Below are positions 20,738 through 31,134 of a DNA stretch of 64,000 nt, in pieces. The translations under genes were made by a program, and so were the position numbers. The notes under the pieces were generated by a model that saw nothing but the letters and a program-made list of their open reading frames with translations, did no database searches and was not told where the DNA came from. The stretch covers positions 1 through 64,000 of the forward strand of contig CBDCEW010000083.1 in NCBI GenBank assembly GCA_965215885.1, given 5' to 3'. How positions within the stretch are numbered: the first letter of the stretch is position 1; each line of letters begins with the position of its first letter. Source of the DNA: Candidatus Moanibacter sp. (GTDB taxonomy: Bacteria; Verrucomicrobiota; Verrucomicrobiia; Opitutales; UBA2987).

Positions 20738-21454
20738 CTATAACCCTGCCGGAACAAGACTGAGTTCGGGAACCCGAGCGCGAGGGTGAAGGTTAGCCAC
20801 AAAGAGGCAGGCCTCTGCCACATCCTCGGGCTGCAGCGCCTTGGCCAATACCTCCGGTGGCGTGGGTGTGGGCCGTTTCAGGACGAGCGGTGTGTCGCAA
20901 AGACCGGGAAAGATAACGGTTGCCCGGATTCCATTTTCACACTCTTCAAGGAATGTTCCGTGGGCCAGACCCGATAGTCCGCTCTTGCTCGCCTGGTAGG
21001 AGACACCGGATACATCCGGCGACAGAACCGCTTTGGTCGAAAGATAGATGATCAGGCCACTCTTTTGCTTTCGCATAGCCGGCAGGACCGCTTTTGTACA
21101 ATAAAATGCGCCGCTCAGGTTCGTAGACATCATCATTTCCCACGTTTCGACCGACAAAACCTCAAGGCTCCTATCGGGGATATTTGTCCCCGCGGCGTAG
21201 ACCATGATATCGACCCGCCCCAGTTTCTCGAGGGTCCTGGCGAGCAGCCGCTCGACCGATTCGGGGTCGGTCACGTCTGTCGGGCAAACTATCGCGCCAT
21301 TTCCAATTTCTGTCGCAGCTTCTTCCAGCTTAGCTTCGCTGCGCGCCGCCAGAACTACCCGCATTCCATTCCGCGCGAAAGCAACTGCTGTCGCACGCCC
21401 CATTCCGCTGCTGCTTCCAACAATGACAGCTACACGATTGTTTTTCGGTTTCAT
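20738..21454 (-). CDS. SDR family oxidoreductase
   Basis: IVGSSSGMG, YQASK, IFPG. Confidence 0.92.
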   Translation of the reverse strand: MKPKNNRVAVIVGSSSGMGRATAVAFARNGMRVVLAARSEAKLEEAATEIGNGAIVCPTDVTDPESVERLLARTLEKLGRVDIMVYAAGTNIPDRSLEVLSVETWEMMMSTNLSGAFYCTKAVLPAMRKQKSGLIIYLSTKAVLSPDVSGVSYQASKSGLSGLAHGTFLEECENGIRATVIFPGLCDTPLVLKRPTPTPPEVLAKALQPEDVAEACLFVANLHPRARVPELSLVPAGL

Positions 21455-21874
21455 GTCCACTTCTCTAACCCGCAACGAATCTGCTTCAATTCAATTCGAC
21501 AGGAGACTCATTACTCGAGTTCGTAAACACGATAATCACACCGAGAGGGATGGGAGTGCAATTGGGGGTCGCAACTAATACTTCCTCCGAAAAAGTGGTT
21601 TACCACGTAGCTTACGACAAGGTTCGGGACAAGGTTTGCGACGAGGTTTGAACAGAGGTGATTCCAACTCCTCCTCTGAGGTTTCTCTTCCCGTTACATG
21701 GAACCATCCGAAAGGGAAACCTCATCCCGAACCTTGGCGCGAACCTTGTCGAACTCACTTCGATTTTAGATCACGATTACGATCACGACAAAAGATCTAA
21801 CAGACTTCGCACTCTTATCGTGAATCTCAACCCTGTAGCCGGACGCCTTTGCGTTCGGTCTTAAGCAACTCCAG

Positions 21875-21935
21875 CCCGCCCAAGGGCGGTCCTACAGCTC
21901 TGACACACGGGTGGGTAGGACCGCCCTTGGGCGGG
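21875..21935. repeat. GTAG-type REP hairpin
   Basis: CCCGCCCAAGGGCGGTCCTAC ... GTAGGACCGCCCTTGGGCGGG, perfect arms. Confidence 0.75.
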
Positions 21936-22127
21936 ATGAACCAGCACAGTGATTCAATCTAACAACATCCCGCGCAAAGCGGCCCGGCAGATCTGATCAG
22001 CGAGGCTTGGGAAGTTGCTTCCAGGTAGGACGGAGAACTCCTATTCTTATTGACGAAGAAACCGAAAGTGCATCGAAGATAGCAATTAGGAACCACGTAA
22101 ATTCGATAACAGTAGGATTACCAAGAA

Positions 22128-22735
22128 ATGGAAGAACCAAAACTTCGCCTCCTCCTGAAGAGTTCCCTCCGCAAAAAAATCCTCCCTTCCGAAGCGCTCG
22201 ACAATCTCAAGAGCTTTGCGGAGGTAGAGGTCAACCCGCATGACCGCGACCTCACCGAAGATGAAGCCGTCGCATCCTTCTCTACGATCCCTTCGTAACG
22301 GAAGAGAGTGCGAGGGACGCATACGGCGCGGAATTGGTTGACCTTGAAACCATGGCCCGCGAATCCGAAGTAGTCTCCTGCCACGCCCCCAAGCTCGACG
22401 CCACGAAGCAGATGTGGAACGCCACCCATTTCCGGCTCATGCAAGACGACGCCGTATTTATCAACAATTCCCGCGGCGCAAATATTGATGAGGACGCGCC
22501 CATCGCTGAACTGCAGACCGGCCGCATCTTCGCCTGCATCGACGTCACAGAACCGGAACCGTGCGCACTGGACAGCCCCTTGCGCAGCCTCCCCAACGTC
22601 ATCCTCACCCCCCACATCGCGGGCGCGCAGACCTACCGTGTTGGGGAAATGGCCGCGGAAGAGCTGCGCCGTTACTTCGCCGGCGAGGAACAGCTCTTTC
22701 AGGTCAAAAAGGAGATGCTCTTTCGGATGGGTTGA
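22128..22735 (+). pseudogene. D-2-hydroxyacid dehydrogenase with an internal deletion and frameshift
   Basis: N-terminal MEEPKLRLLL...DLTEDEAV is joined out of frame at ~22270 to RILLYDPF...SCHAP...INNSRG...DVTEPEP...LTPHIAG; the GxGxxG segment is absent. Confidence 0.75.
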
Positions 22736-22738
22736 TAA

Positions 22739-22978
22739 TCACTCGCTTGATTTACCATTACCACCAACCGAAGATATGCCTTTTTCAATCGCAACTACAT
22801 GAAGACCAGCAACCGTAACACTGGAATCGTCATCGAACCACACAACTGCTCGAGTGCCTCTCGGATTCAACCCAGCGTGGTCAGAAGTGGGAACGGGGTA
22901 TCGCCCCCCACTACTTGTAACTATGGTAAATGCCTCGAAGGGGCTGGCTTCCAAATGCTGGCGAATATCTCCAATCAC
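22739..22978 (-). CDS. Small hypothetical protein
   Basis: IRQHLEASPFEAFTIVTSSGGRYPV..D.A reads as a compact natural protein; GTG start inferred. Confidence 0.55.
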   Translation of the reverse strand: MIGDIRQHLEASPFEAFTIVTSSGGRYPVPTSDHAGLNPRGTRAVVWFDDDSSVTVAGLHVVAIEKGISSVGGNGKSSE

Positions 22979-23274
22979 AACAATCAATAGTGCCTACTTT
23001 ATCCTGGATTTGCAAACTCAAATCCAGGATCCGGTCTTGCCACACTACACTAATCTTGATCCCGTCGAGCGGGGCGAGGAAGAATGACGAAACAATTCAA
23101 ACGAACTGGAGCGAAACCAAATCCTCACTAGAGGCTGATCGAAAAGGGTAATTCATGCACCCTAGTCTCCACTCGACCCCTGTCCCCCAAGAGCACCCAG
23201 GTCCGGTTAGTGCCTGGATAGCCAAGACAGTATTGCTCCAAACAATGAAATGATGAGTGGAGCGACATGATATA

Positions 23275-25122
23275 CTACCAGCGGTAGGTGAAATAGAAAG
23301 ATACCTGACGCCTTGCGGCCGGAGTTGCAGGGATTTCTTCGAAACTGCTATTGAACAAATTATCGACCGCCATACTCAGTTCCAGTCCTTCGAACTCAGG
23401 GACAAACACAACCAGGCCGAGTGACGTAAGGGCTGCATTATCCGAGCTGCGCCTCAGTGGATTTTCCTTCTGGGAACGGAATTCGTTATCGATGCGCAAT
23501 TCGAACCGTTCAAGGAAGCGATAAACAAATGCCGCGGTAAAGCGGTGCCGAGGAAAGTTCAGAGCATAAAAACTGGCATCAACTTGAGCGCTCCCGTAGT
23601 CCTCGCTCTTCCTGACGTAAGTATAACCGAGCATCAAACTTAGATTCTTCCAGCTCTTAATGAAGGTTACTTCGCTACCAAACGTATCGATATCCACATT
23701 ATTAGCGCTGCGCGCGGAGGTGCTCTCAAAATTGAAGGTCCAATCCAACAACCCACGGTCGAGCCTGTAAAAGAGAGCGACATGGCTCTGCCAATTCGGG
23801 CGAAAATAATCAACCCCTACCTCAAAATTCCTGCTGCGCTCACGAGCCGCATCGGGCTTGCCACGAAAGAGCCCCGCATTGGGGTTGGCGCCAATTGCAG
23901 TGTAACCCGACACCTGGCTGCTATCCGCATATTCGAAATACACGCGCCGCCCGCTGCCGTCTTTGGCTCTCTTAGAAAAGGATAGCGAAGCCATCGGAGA
24001 CACTCTCGAATCGTCCCGGTTTGTGTCATCGTAGCTCGCGCCGATTCGCAGAACGAATTCAGCCCCTTCAGCAATTGAACGGCGCCACTCCGGGACCATA
24101 GCGATTTTGTAGTAACTGCGAGAGCGGAACGGCCCGAATACCAGATTGCTGGACGTGATTTCGTCAGAAACAAACTGTCCGCTGTAATTTAGAGCGAAAC
24201 CCTCGAACGCCTGCCTCCCCTGGAAACCAGCAGACCAAACCACAGTTTCATGTTTAAAGGGATTAAACTGTCCCGGAACATAACGGTTGAATTCGTAATC
24301 ATCCTTGTGCCGCCGGTAGTAGACCGTAATTTCCAAGTAACTCTCATCAGGGAAATTCGTTCGGTGGTTGACCATATACAGGTTCGTCTGCAAATTCTCC
24401 GTCTCGGCTACATTGAAAGGCGTATACATGTTTGGCCATCCAAAGAACTTCGACTGATACCCGGCGAAGAAGTCAGTCTGTGAATGCTCCCTGAGTAGCT
24501 GAATCCTCCCACCAAACCGATCGAATTCATAGTCGCCATCAGGACGCGTACCGTCGGACTCCGAACGCGCAAAAGAAAGATCGATTCCTACTGTTTTCCC
24601 CTTGTTAAACTCGACAACTTCGCCGACATAAACGCGCTGCAGATTTAAGGCGTTGTCCCCGATTCCTACCGCGGCTTCACCACTGCTGTCGATCGCGTTC
24701 CATGCGTAATTTATGGAACCCACCGTCGAATTAAATCCCGCATGCGCATTCTCAATCCCGGTAATGATCCTCGGCACCGAAAGCATCTTTGGATCGATAG
24801 GGATCTCGGCAAAATAGTGCCCCGTCTGCGGATCAAAAAGAGTGGCCGCCCCTACCCTGAATCCGGTGTTCTCAAAAATACCTCCGCGTATACTCACATC
24901 GCCCTGTGCCTCAGCCAGATTCCGGGACTGTATATCGATAAGAGGCTCGTAGCGGAGTTCCGTAACCGCTGTGGCATACGTGCCCGCCGAATCGGGATTA
25001 GCTACCCTCGACACCGTTACTGTTAGCTCCGGTAAAGTCGCGAAAGCCTCCGCATTCAGACCAGGACTCTGTGCAAATCCCGTGACTGGCAAACAGGCTA
25101 GTATCAAGAGGTTCCTCTTCAT
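23275..25122 (-). CDS. TonB-dependent receptor
   Basis: Signal peptide, plug motif DVSIRGG, C-terminal VDNLFN...FTYRW barrel signature. Confidence 0.85.
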   Translation of the reverse strand: MKRNLLILACLPVTGFAQSPGLNAEAFATLPELTVTVSRVANPDSAGTYATAVTELRYEPLIDIQSRNLAEAQGDVSIRGGIFENTGFRVGAATLFDPQTGHYFAEIPIDPKMLSVPRIITGIENAHAGFNSTVGSINYAWNAIDSSGEAAVGIGDNALNLQRVYVGEVVEFNKGKTVGIDLSFARSESDGTRPDGDYEFDRFGGRIQLLREHSQTDFFAGYQSKFFGWPNMYTPFNVAETENLQTNLYMVNHRTNFPDESYLEITVYYRRHKDDYEFNRYVPGQFNPFKHETVVWSAGFQGRQAFEGFALNYSGQFVSDEITSSNLVFGPFRSRSYYKIAMVPEWRRSIAEGAEFVLRIGASYDDTNRDDSRVSPMASLSFSKRAKDGSGRRVYFEYADSSQVSGYTAIGANPNAGLFRGKPDAARERSRNFEVGVDYFRPNWQSHVALFYRLDRGLLDWTFNFESTSARSANNVDIDTFGSEVTFIKSWKNLSLMLGYTYVRKSEDYGSAQVDASFYALNFPRHRFTAAFVYRFLERFELRIDNEFRSQKENPLRRSSDNAALTSLGLVVFVPEFEGLELSMAVDNLFNSSFEEIPATPAARRQVSFYFTYRW

Positions 25123-25132
25123 GTTTTTACTA

Positions 25133-27048
25133 GACCTTATCCGAAAAGCTACTGATTGGCCGCAAAGAGGCGCAAAAGGCGCAAGAAAAACTTGAGAAAA
25201 ATCATTTTTGGCTTGATAAAAAGTGTCGCAACATGCTAGTGTTTAACAACTTAAGATTAAGAAAGGAGTTAAACATGCCAACATGTGCGACAGAGGAGAA
25301 CAAAAGCGATAAGACGCCCCTTAGCAACCTCATTCTGCCGGTTCCAGACACGGATTTCCGTGATTTTCTGGATGAAGTTGAAGAATTGGCCGGGTTCGCG
25401 GCGCAAATCATCGAGGCGATCGAGAAGGATCTGGACGCCCATGCGCGTGAGAAGAAGAAACTTCGATTGGAAGATCGCAGGTTCTTTGAAGGGCGCACAG
25501 CGGAGCTGCCGGAGCTGGACATCGAGGAGGAGAATATTCTGGCTGCTGAATTGAATCTTGGGGCAGGCCGGCCGCGGATGCCGGCTTATGCGGTATACGT
25601 GTTCGTGATGATTCGAGGGTTTCTGGGTTCGTTGACCACGAAACCGGCACGGCGGTTTGTGCGCGAGTCGATGAGCTTGTACGGATTTTTGCAGAGCGGG
25701 GGACTGAGAATGCCGGCGGTGACGACGATTCTGGAGAACGTGAACCTGGTCAGCCATACGACCCGCGAGTTGATCTTTGATAAACAGATTGGGTTTATCC
25801 TCCAGGAGCAATGGGACGATTTCGGGAAGCTGACGATCGACAGCACCTCGGTGAAAGCAAACAGCTGCTGGCCCACCGATGGGAAGATTCTGAGCGGTCT
25901 TTTGATGCGGGCCAATCGTTTGGGTCAGAAGTTGCATGTCTTCGGGCTGGAGGATTTTCGCAAGGGATGGGTTGGGCGTTGGCTGGAGGAAATGGACAAG
26001 CTGGAGTTTCAGATTTGTCTGGCCGCGGGCAAACCGAAGTCGAAGGGCAAGCTGAAGAAACACTACCGGCGGTTGCTCAAGCGGGGCCGCAAGGCGGCCG
26101 ACTCACTAACGGGGGAACTGAGCCATCTTGAAGAGGGCCTGTCGATGGATTCACTGCCTCCCACTCGCCGGGAGCTTCTGGAGCGGGCATTGAGCCAGAT
26201 CAGGGGTGATATTGCCGACGCCAAGCGGGTTGTTGAGTATGCTCATGATCGGGTGTTTCACGAAAAGAAGCTACCGTCCACACAGAAGGTCCTGAGCCTC
26301 TCGGACGGATCGGCGGCCTACATCAAGAAGGGCAGCCGCAATCCAGTGATCGGGTACAAGCCACAACTGGTTCGCAGCGAAAACGGTTTTGTCACCAGCC
26401 TGATCGTACCGCAAGGCAACGCGGCAGACTCCATTGAGCTGGCGCCGGCCATCGGCGATTCGATCAAGCGCACCGGTGTCATTGCTGAACTGGTCAGCAC
26501 CGATGACGGATATGCTTCGGCGAAGGGACGCAAGGAGGTGCTGAGCATGGGGGTAAAGCAGATCAGTATCAGTGGGGCGAAGGGCAAGAAGTTGACCACC
26601 CCCGAGGACTGGGAGAGCGAGGCGTATCGCGAGGCACGCCGCGATCGCTCCGCAGTGGAGTCGCTGATGTTCACGATTAAAGATGGATTTGCCTTTGGCG
26701 AACTCGGCCGCCGCGGCATCGATGCGGTAGGCGATGAACTGCTCGAGAAGGTTCTGGCCTACAACTTCTGCCGCATCATACTGATGAAGAAACGCCGAGG
26801 GGAGGAACTGGAACAGGCAGCCTGAATCTGACCGCTTTGAAGCTCAGAGAAAAAAGCACCACGGGATGAGTATGCCTCCAGACAGCGGCAAATATACGTA
26901 TTGTGCAGCAAGCCACGCCGATGGCCGCTCAATACCTGCTCATCGGCAGCGCCGGCAGCCTAAAACCCGAAACCTGCCAGCCATAGGCTGGTCCGCCCGT
27001 GGCGGAGAACCTTAAACCGCCCGCTCGAAAGGCTTTTCGAATGGGGTC
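25133..27048 (+). mobile_element. IS5-like insertion sequence
   Basis: Terminal IRs GACCTTATCCGAAAAGC / GCTTTTCGAATGGGGTC (14/17), flanked by TA on both sides. Confidence 0.85.
25275..26825 (+). CDS. DDE transposase (IS5/ISNCY-like)
   Basis: IDSTSV..N..WPTD, GYK, TDDGY, RSAVES..K; AAGGAG SD. Confidence 0.88.
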   Translation: MPTCATEENKSDKTPLSNLILPVPDTDFRDFLDEVEELAGFAAQIIEAIEKDLDAHAREKKKLRLEDRRFFEGRTAELPELDIEEENILAAELNLGAGRPRMPAYAVYVFVMIRGFLGSLTTKPARRFVRESMSLYGFLQSGGLRMPAVTTILENVNLVSHTTRELIFDKQIGFILQEQWDDFGKLTIDSTSVKANSCWPTDGKILSGLLMRANRLGQKLHVFGLEDFRKGWVGRWLEEMDKLEFQICLAAGKPKSKGKLKKHYRRLLKRGRKAADSLTGELSHLEEGLSMDSLPPTRRELLERALSQIRGDIADAKRVVEYAHDRVFHEKKLPSTQKVLSLSDGSAAYIKKGSRNPVIGYKPQLVRSENGFVTSLIVPQGNAADSIELAPAIGDSIKRTGVIAELVSTDDGYASAKGRKEVLSMGVKQISISGAKGKKLTTPEDWESEAYREARRDRSAVESLMFTIKDGFAFGELGRRGIDAVGDELLEKVLAYNFCRIILMKKRRGEELEQAA

Positions 27049-27070
27049 TATCTAGAGGCTGTTCGGAGGC

Positions 27071-28267
27071 TTACCCATTCAAGTCCGCCCGGTTCCTGGG
27101 CGGATGCGCCCGAATCGCATCCTCGTTCAGGTCCGTTCCCCACCCGGGACCGGAAGGTAAACTCAATTGCCCGTCCTCAATTTCCGGCACCGTTGTCACG
27201 ATATCATCTTTCCAGGGCACATCGTCGATATCGATCTCCATGATCCGAAAATTCGGCACCGCAGCGCAAAAATGGGCGCTCATGAGTGTGCTGAGGTGCC
27301 CATAGAAATTATGAGGCGCTACATTGACCTCGTAGGCCTCAGCCATGGCGGCGATTTTTAGCGCCTGCCAGATTCCATTCCAGGGCACATCGATTATAGC
27401 CACGTCCATCGCGTACTCTTCAAAATACGGTTTGAAGCCTCGCAATCCGTATAATGACTCGCACGACGCCAATGGTGTGCGGACCGCATTCCGAATCAGC
27501 CTTAATGACGCAGGATCGAAGATGTCGATCTCAAACCATGCAAGACCGAGATCGTCGAGCGCCCGGACCACTTTGAGAAAGCCCTCCGTCTTGAAATTGA
27601 AATTCAGGTCGAGGTGTATCCCTATATCTGGCCCTGTCCCTTCCCGGAATGCGACGAGTTGCGCCCGCAGCGCATCGACGACTGCCTTATCCGCGTTCAG
27701 CTCCGGCCAACCCGGCGTCTTCGCAAAGCCGGGCACATGAAACCTGGACTCGCCTTCGAACACCAAAATGTTCGTTTTCCGCGCCTTAAACCCACGCTCC
27801 CCTACTTCTTGCCCCAAAGCCATGATGTCTTCCAAACCCCGAAGCTGCGGCCGCCCGATGATTGCAGCCTTGTCCTCAGCCATGCTATAGGTGCCACAGT
27901 GTGACCAATAAAGTGGCAGGCGATCCCGGATGGCCCCGCCAAGCAGGTCGCATACTCGTACATCCAACGACCGAGCCTTGATGTCCACCAGAGCATTTTC
28001 GATTGCGGCAATCGCCTGCTGCGTCATGCCTCCGGGCGCCTGCCGGGTTACCGCATACAATTGCAGGCTCAGCCGCTCATGCGCACATGGGTCGCACCCG
28101 ATGATACGCTCGGCCAGGCGTTCGATCACACCGGAGAGTCCCGGGCTTCCATAGCACTCGTTGTATTCGGCGATGCCGGTCAGGCCCTCGTCAGTCGTCA
28201 GTTTCAGAAACGAAAATACCCGCCATCCCGCATCGCAATGCAACGTCTCATAACCGGTAAGCTTCAT
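27071..28267 (-). CDS. Mandelate racemase/muconate lactonizing family enzyme
   Basis: AIAAIENALVDIKA, DLNFNF, WFEID, ASCE, APHN, PGWG. Confidence 0.92.
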   Translation of the reverse strand: MKLTGYETLHCDAGWRVFSFLKLTTDEGLTGIAEYNECYGSPGLSGVIERLAERIIGCDPCAHERLSLQLYAVTRQAPGGMTQQAIAAIENALVDIKARSLDVRVCDLLGGAIRDRLPLYWSHCGTYSMAEDKAAIIGRPQLRGLEDIMALGQEVGERGFKARKTNILVFEGESRFHVPGFAKTPGWPELNADKAVVDALRAQLVAFREGTGPDIGIHLDLNFNFKTEGFLKVVRALDDLGLAWFEIDIFDPASLRLIRNAVRTPLASCESLYGLRGFKPYFEEYAMDVAIIDVPWNGIWQALKIAAMAEAYEVNVAPHNFYGHLSTLMSAHFCAAVPNFRIMEIDIDDVPWKDDIVTTVPEIEDGQLSLPSGPGWGTDLNEDAIRAHPPRNRADLNG

Positions 28268-28758
28268 ACCTGATTTCGCGACTGGCTAACGACTCATGTC
28301 AAACTGCAAGAAGGACTTCCAGAGAAAAGCCCGACACGTCAAAGTCACAGTTCCAACAATAAACTGCAAGGGCGAAGGGGTTTGCCCTATCCCGCCCCGA
28401 GGAATTACACCTCCTATTTCAGGGGACCGTAAGATGACACCCCAAAACCCGTAGCCGGACGACTTCGTCGTTCGGTCCATCCCTATTTGACTCCCGGTCG
28501 CTACTGGAGAGAGGCGCAACAATTTCAATCAGACGTTCCTCAACATGGCCACCTTTCAATTCTAGAACACGATGATGATCGCGACAGAATGTCGAACCGA
28601 TTTCCCCTCTTGAAAGAATCCGCGGTGTTCTCTGTTTCCTTCTGTTCAATTCTTTTCTCTTTGTAAGAGCTTTCCAGTTCGGTTACGAATAAAGGATTGA
28701 GCACCGAAGCGCTCAAAAAAGATCGACAATTCCCCTTCTTCACCTCTCGAATCGCAAC

Positions 28759-29664
28759 ATGAAAATCCGTCTGGTCACAATCCGATCTGCCTTTTATTCG
28801 CCTGTAATCGTTACCGCGAGGTTGTTTCTAGATCCTGAAAATCTCGAAAGTGAACTGGTCTTTCGCGACGAGGAGCAGTCAAAACCGCCGCCGACTGATG
28901 ACACCATCGTAATCGAGCAGATGGCGCCTTCCGCAAGCATGGTTCAATTGTCGAAAGGGAACTCGTCCGTGCCCATCCATATTGCCTCCATCAATACACG
29001 CGACGGCTTCTACCTCGTGACCCGTGAGCCGAGCGAATCTTTCGACTTGAAAGATCTCGAAGGCAGCACATTCGTGCCCGCCAGCTTTGCCGTTCAGCCT
29101 GAGGCTTGCCTGCGTTTCTGTCTGCATCTGCACGGCGTCGATGCCTCAAAGATTACCTTCGTTCGCGGTCTCGACGGCATGGATGCCGCTCAACAGGCGT
29201 TTCGAACCGGACAGGGCGAATATGTCCACTTGCAGGATCCTTTGGCCGAAGAGCTGGTGCACGAAGGGCTCGGCCACAAGGTCGCTTCCGTCGGCCGCCT
29301 CTTGGGTCCGATCTCCTTCAGTACGCTGCAAGTACAGCCTCAGACGATTTCCGATCACGGCGAGTTTCTGGTCACATTTCTGCAGGCCTATCGGAACGCC
29401 CTCTCGTGGATGTCCGACCAGAGTCCCTCGGAGATTGCTTCCTTCCTGGCCGAACATTTTCCGAATTCCAGCGAATCGGTCGTAGAGGTTGCCATCCAGG
29501 GTTACAAAAGCATCGAAACCTGGCCGCGTTCCCCGATCATTGAACGCTCCCACTATCAGCGAGCCGCGCAGATGTTTACGCAGCAGTCTGATTTAACCGG
29601 CGTAACCGAATCTTATCCCTACGAAACCTGCTGCAACGATGAATTGGCTCTGCAGGTCTTGTAG
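28759..29664 (+). CDS. NitT/TauT (SsuA/THI5-like) substrate-binding protein
   Basis: SAFYSP, INTRDGFYLV, YVHLQDP pattern; no signal peptide and no neighbouring ABC genes. Confidence 0.65.
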   Translation: MKIRLVTIRSAFYSPVIVTARLFLDPENLESELVFRDEEQSKPPPTDDTIVIEQMAPSASMVQLSKGNSSVPIHIASINTRDGFYLVTREPSESFDLKDLEGSTFVPASFAVQPEACLRFCLHLHGVDASKITFVRGLDGMDAAQQAFRTGQGEYVHLQDPLAEELVHEGLGHKVASVGRLLGPISFSTLQVQPQTISDHGEFLVTFLQAYRNALSWMSDQSPSEIASFLAEHFPNSSESVVEVAIQGYKSIETWPRSPIIERSHYQRAAQMFTQQSDLTGVTESYPYETCCNDELALQVL

Positions 29665-30024
29665 ACTTGAGTCTGTGGTTATTTTCAACGGTGGGAGTCC
29701 GTCGAACCTACCGCGGATCAAACTGAAGGACACCCTTAATAGCGTTCTCCTCGTCCCGCTCAGCGAGACTACCGGGAAACTACGGCTCTTTGCCCTGGCG
29801 AATGTTGTGTCGTCCTAGGAAGTGATTTTTGGTACACTGTCCCGAAGCCCCGACTTGCTCAATGTCTCCTTCGCGAATCGTAATCCTCAATGAAATTCGA
29901 CCGGTTCGAGCGAATTCACTCGAAACTTCCACTGCGCCCGGCTCGTATCGGCCCCTCCCGCAGTCGCCGGGTACCCAGAAATCGGCGACCGTCTCTCACT
30001 CAAATCGGTCTCTCAGCAAACAGC

Positions 30025-31134
30025 TCACTCCCCCTCGAATTCGCGAATCAACTGTTTTAGGTCGTCCGCCGAGATTTCTCGACTCCAGCCTTCCAGCTTT
30101 GCCCGTGTTCCTATTTCATCCATAAGATAAAGCGCTCGCAGCCATTTCTCAGAAACTTCGTTGGTCGCTTCCACTACAGCCTCCAAAGCGTCACTCCCGT
30201 AGGTCACGCCATGATACGCTGAATAACGATCGCGGATGGAGAGAATTCCCTTCAATATTCCAGCTGGTTCTAGAGGACCTACACGCACTTCGCGAAAGCA
30301 ATGGATAAGATCGACACAAACCTGTCTGCAGTAGGACATCGCCGCTGGGGTTGCACCCGTGATGACTTGGAGGTCACCATTTTCGAGAGCCGGCACAACC
30401 AGCGAACCCCTTGTCTGCGCCTCAATATCGGCTAGATCGGCCAAACTCGGCAAAAATAAGAAAATACCGCCTCTTTGCTGAATCTCCCGTATGAGGGTAT
30501 CTACTCTTTCCTCCAACTGACCCCGATATTTTACGCCAGCAAGAATGCTCGGCCTTCCATATCCAAGCCCCCACGCGCGTTTTCCCGGCATTGACCCTGG
30601 CATGCGACTCAGTTCGCAGACCAGTCCCTCGAGAACCCGTTTGATCTCGCTTCCATTTGAATGGGACAACACGACACTATTCCGGCTCATCCGGGCCGTT
30701 GCCTGGAATATCGCTTCAAAATCCCGATCACGTTCCGGTGCCTGGTCCAGTTGACCCTCCCTCGCGAGAAGAGTCAAATCCCTGCAGAAATGCTCGACTA
30801 AAGCTCCCTTTCCTCGCGGATATTCCTCCACGGGGGCTGCAGCAGTCCCACCATCTCTGTCAACTGCTATCGCCTCTCTTTCAACGCCCGGCATTAGGCT
30901 CCCACGATCGGCCGTTGCCAGTTCAACCAATTCGTCCCCGATTTCTCTAGAACGACCGGGATCAAGGTACTGCGCCCAACGCAAGATCACCCGATCGTCG
31001 GGAGGATTCCGCTTCCCCCGCTCAATATCCGATAGATAGGCCGACGATATCCCACAGGTCGCAGCAAAACGACTCTGCAATACCTGGCCCTCTTTTCTCA
31101 ATTCACGAAGCCGACTTCCAAACGTTCCTGCCAT
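30025..31134 (-). CDS. XRE-family HTH protein fused to a degenerate ClpA/B/C first AAA+ domain
   Basis: FGSRLRELR...GISSAYLSDIERGKR; FCRDLT.LAREG.LD, AGVKYRGQLEER, LQVITGAT, Y..YHGV.Y; Walker A and B not recognisable. Confidence 0.8.
   Translation of the reverse strand: MAGTFGSRLRELRKEGQVLQSRFAATCGISSAYLSDIERGKRNPPDDRVILRWAQYLDPGRSREIGDELVELATADRGSLMPGVEREAIAVDRDGGTAAAPVEEYPRGKGALVEHFCRDLTLLAREGQLDQAPERDRDFEAIFQATARMSRNSVVLSHSNGSEIKRVLEGLVCELSRMPGSMPGKRAWGLGYGRPSILAGVKYRGQLEERVDTLIREIQQRGGIFLFLPSLADLADIEAQTRGSLVVPALENGDLQVITGATPAAMSYCRQVCVDLIHCFREVRVGPLEPAGILKGILSIRDRYSAYHGVTYGSDALEAVVEATNEVSEKWLRALYLMDEIGTRAKLEGWSREISADDLKQLIREFEGE

Noticed and set aside
25123..25260. Cobalamin or other riboswitch upstream of the TonB receptor
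   Set aside because: The upstream DNA is the IS end; no riboswitch consensus seen
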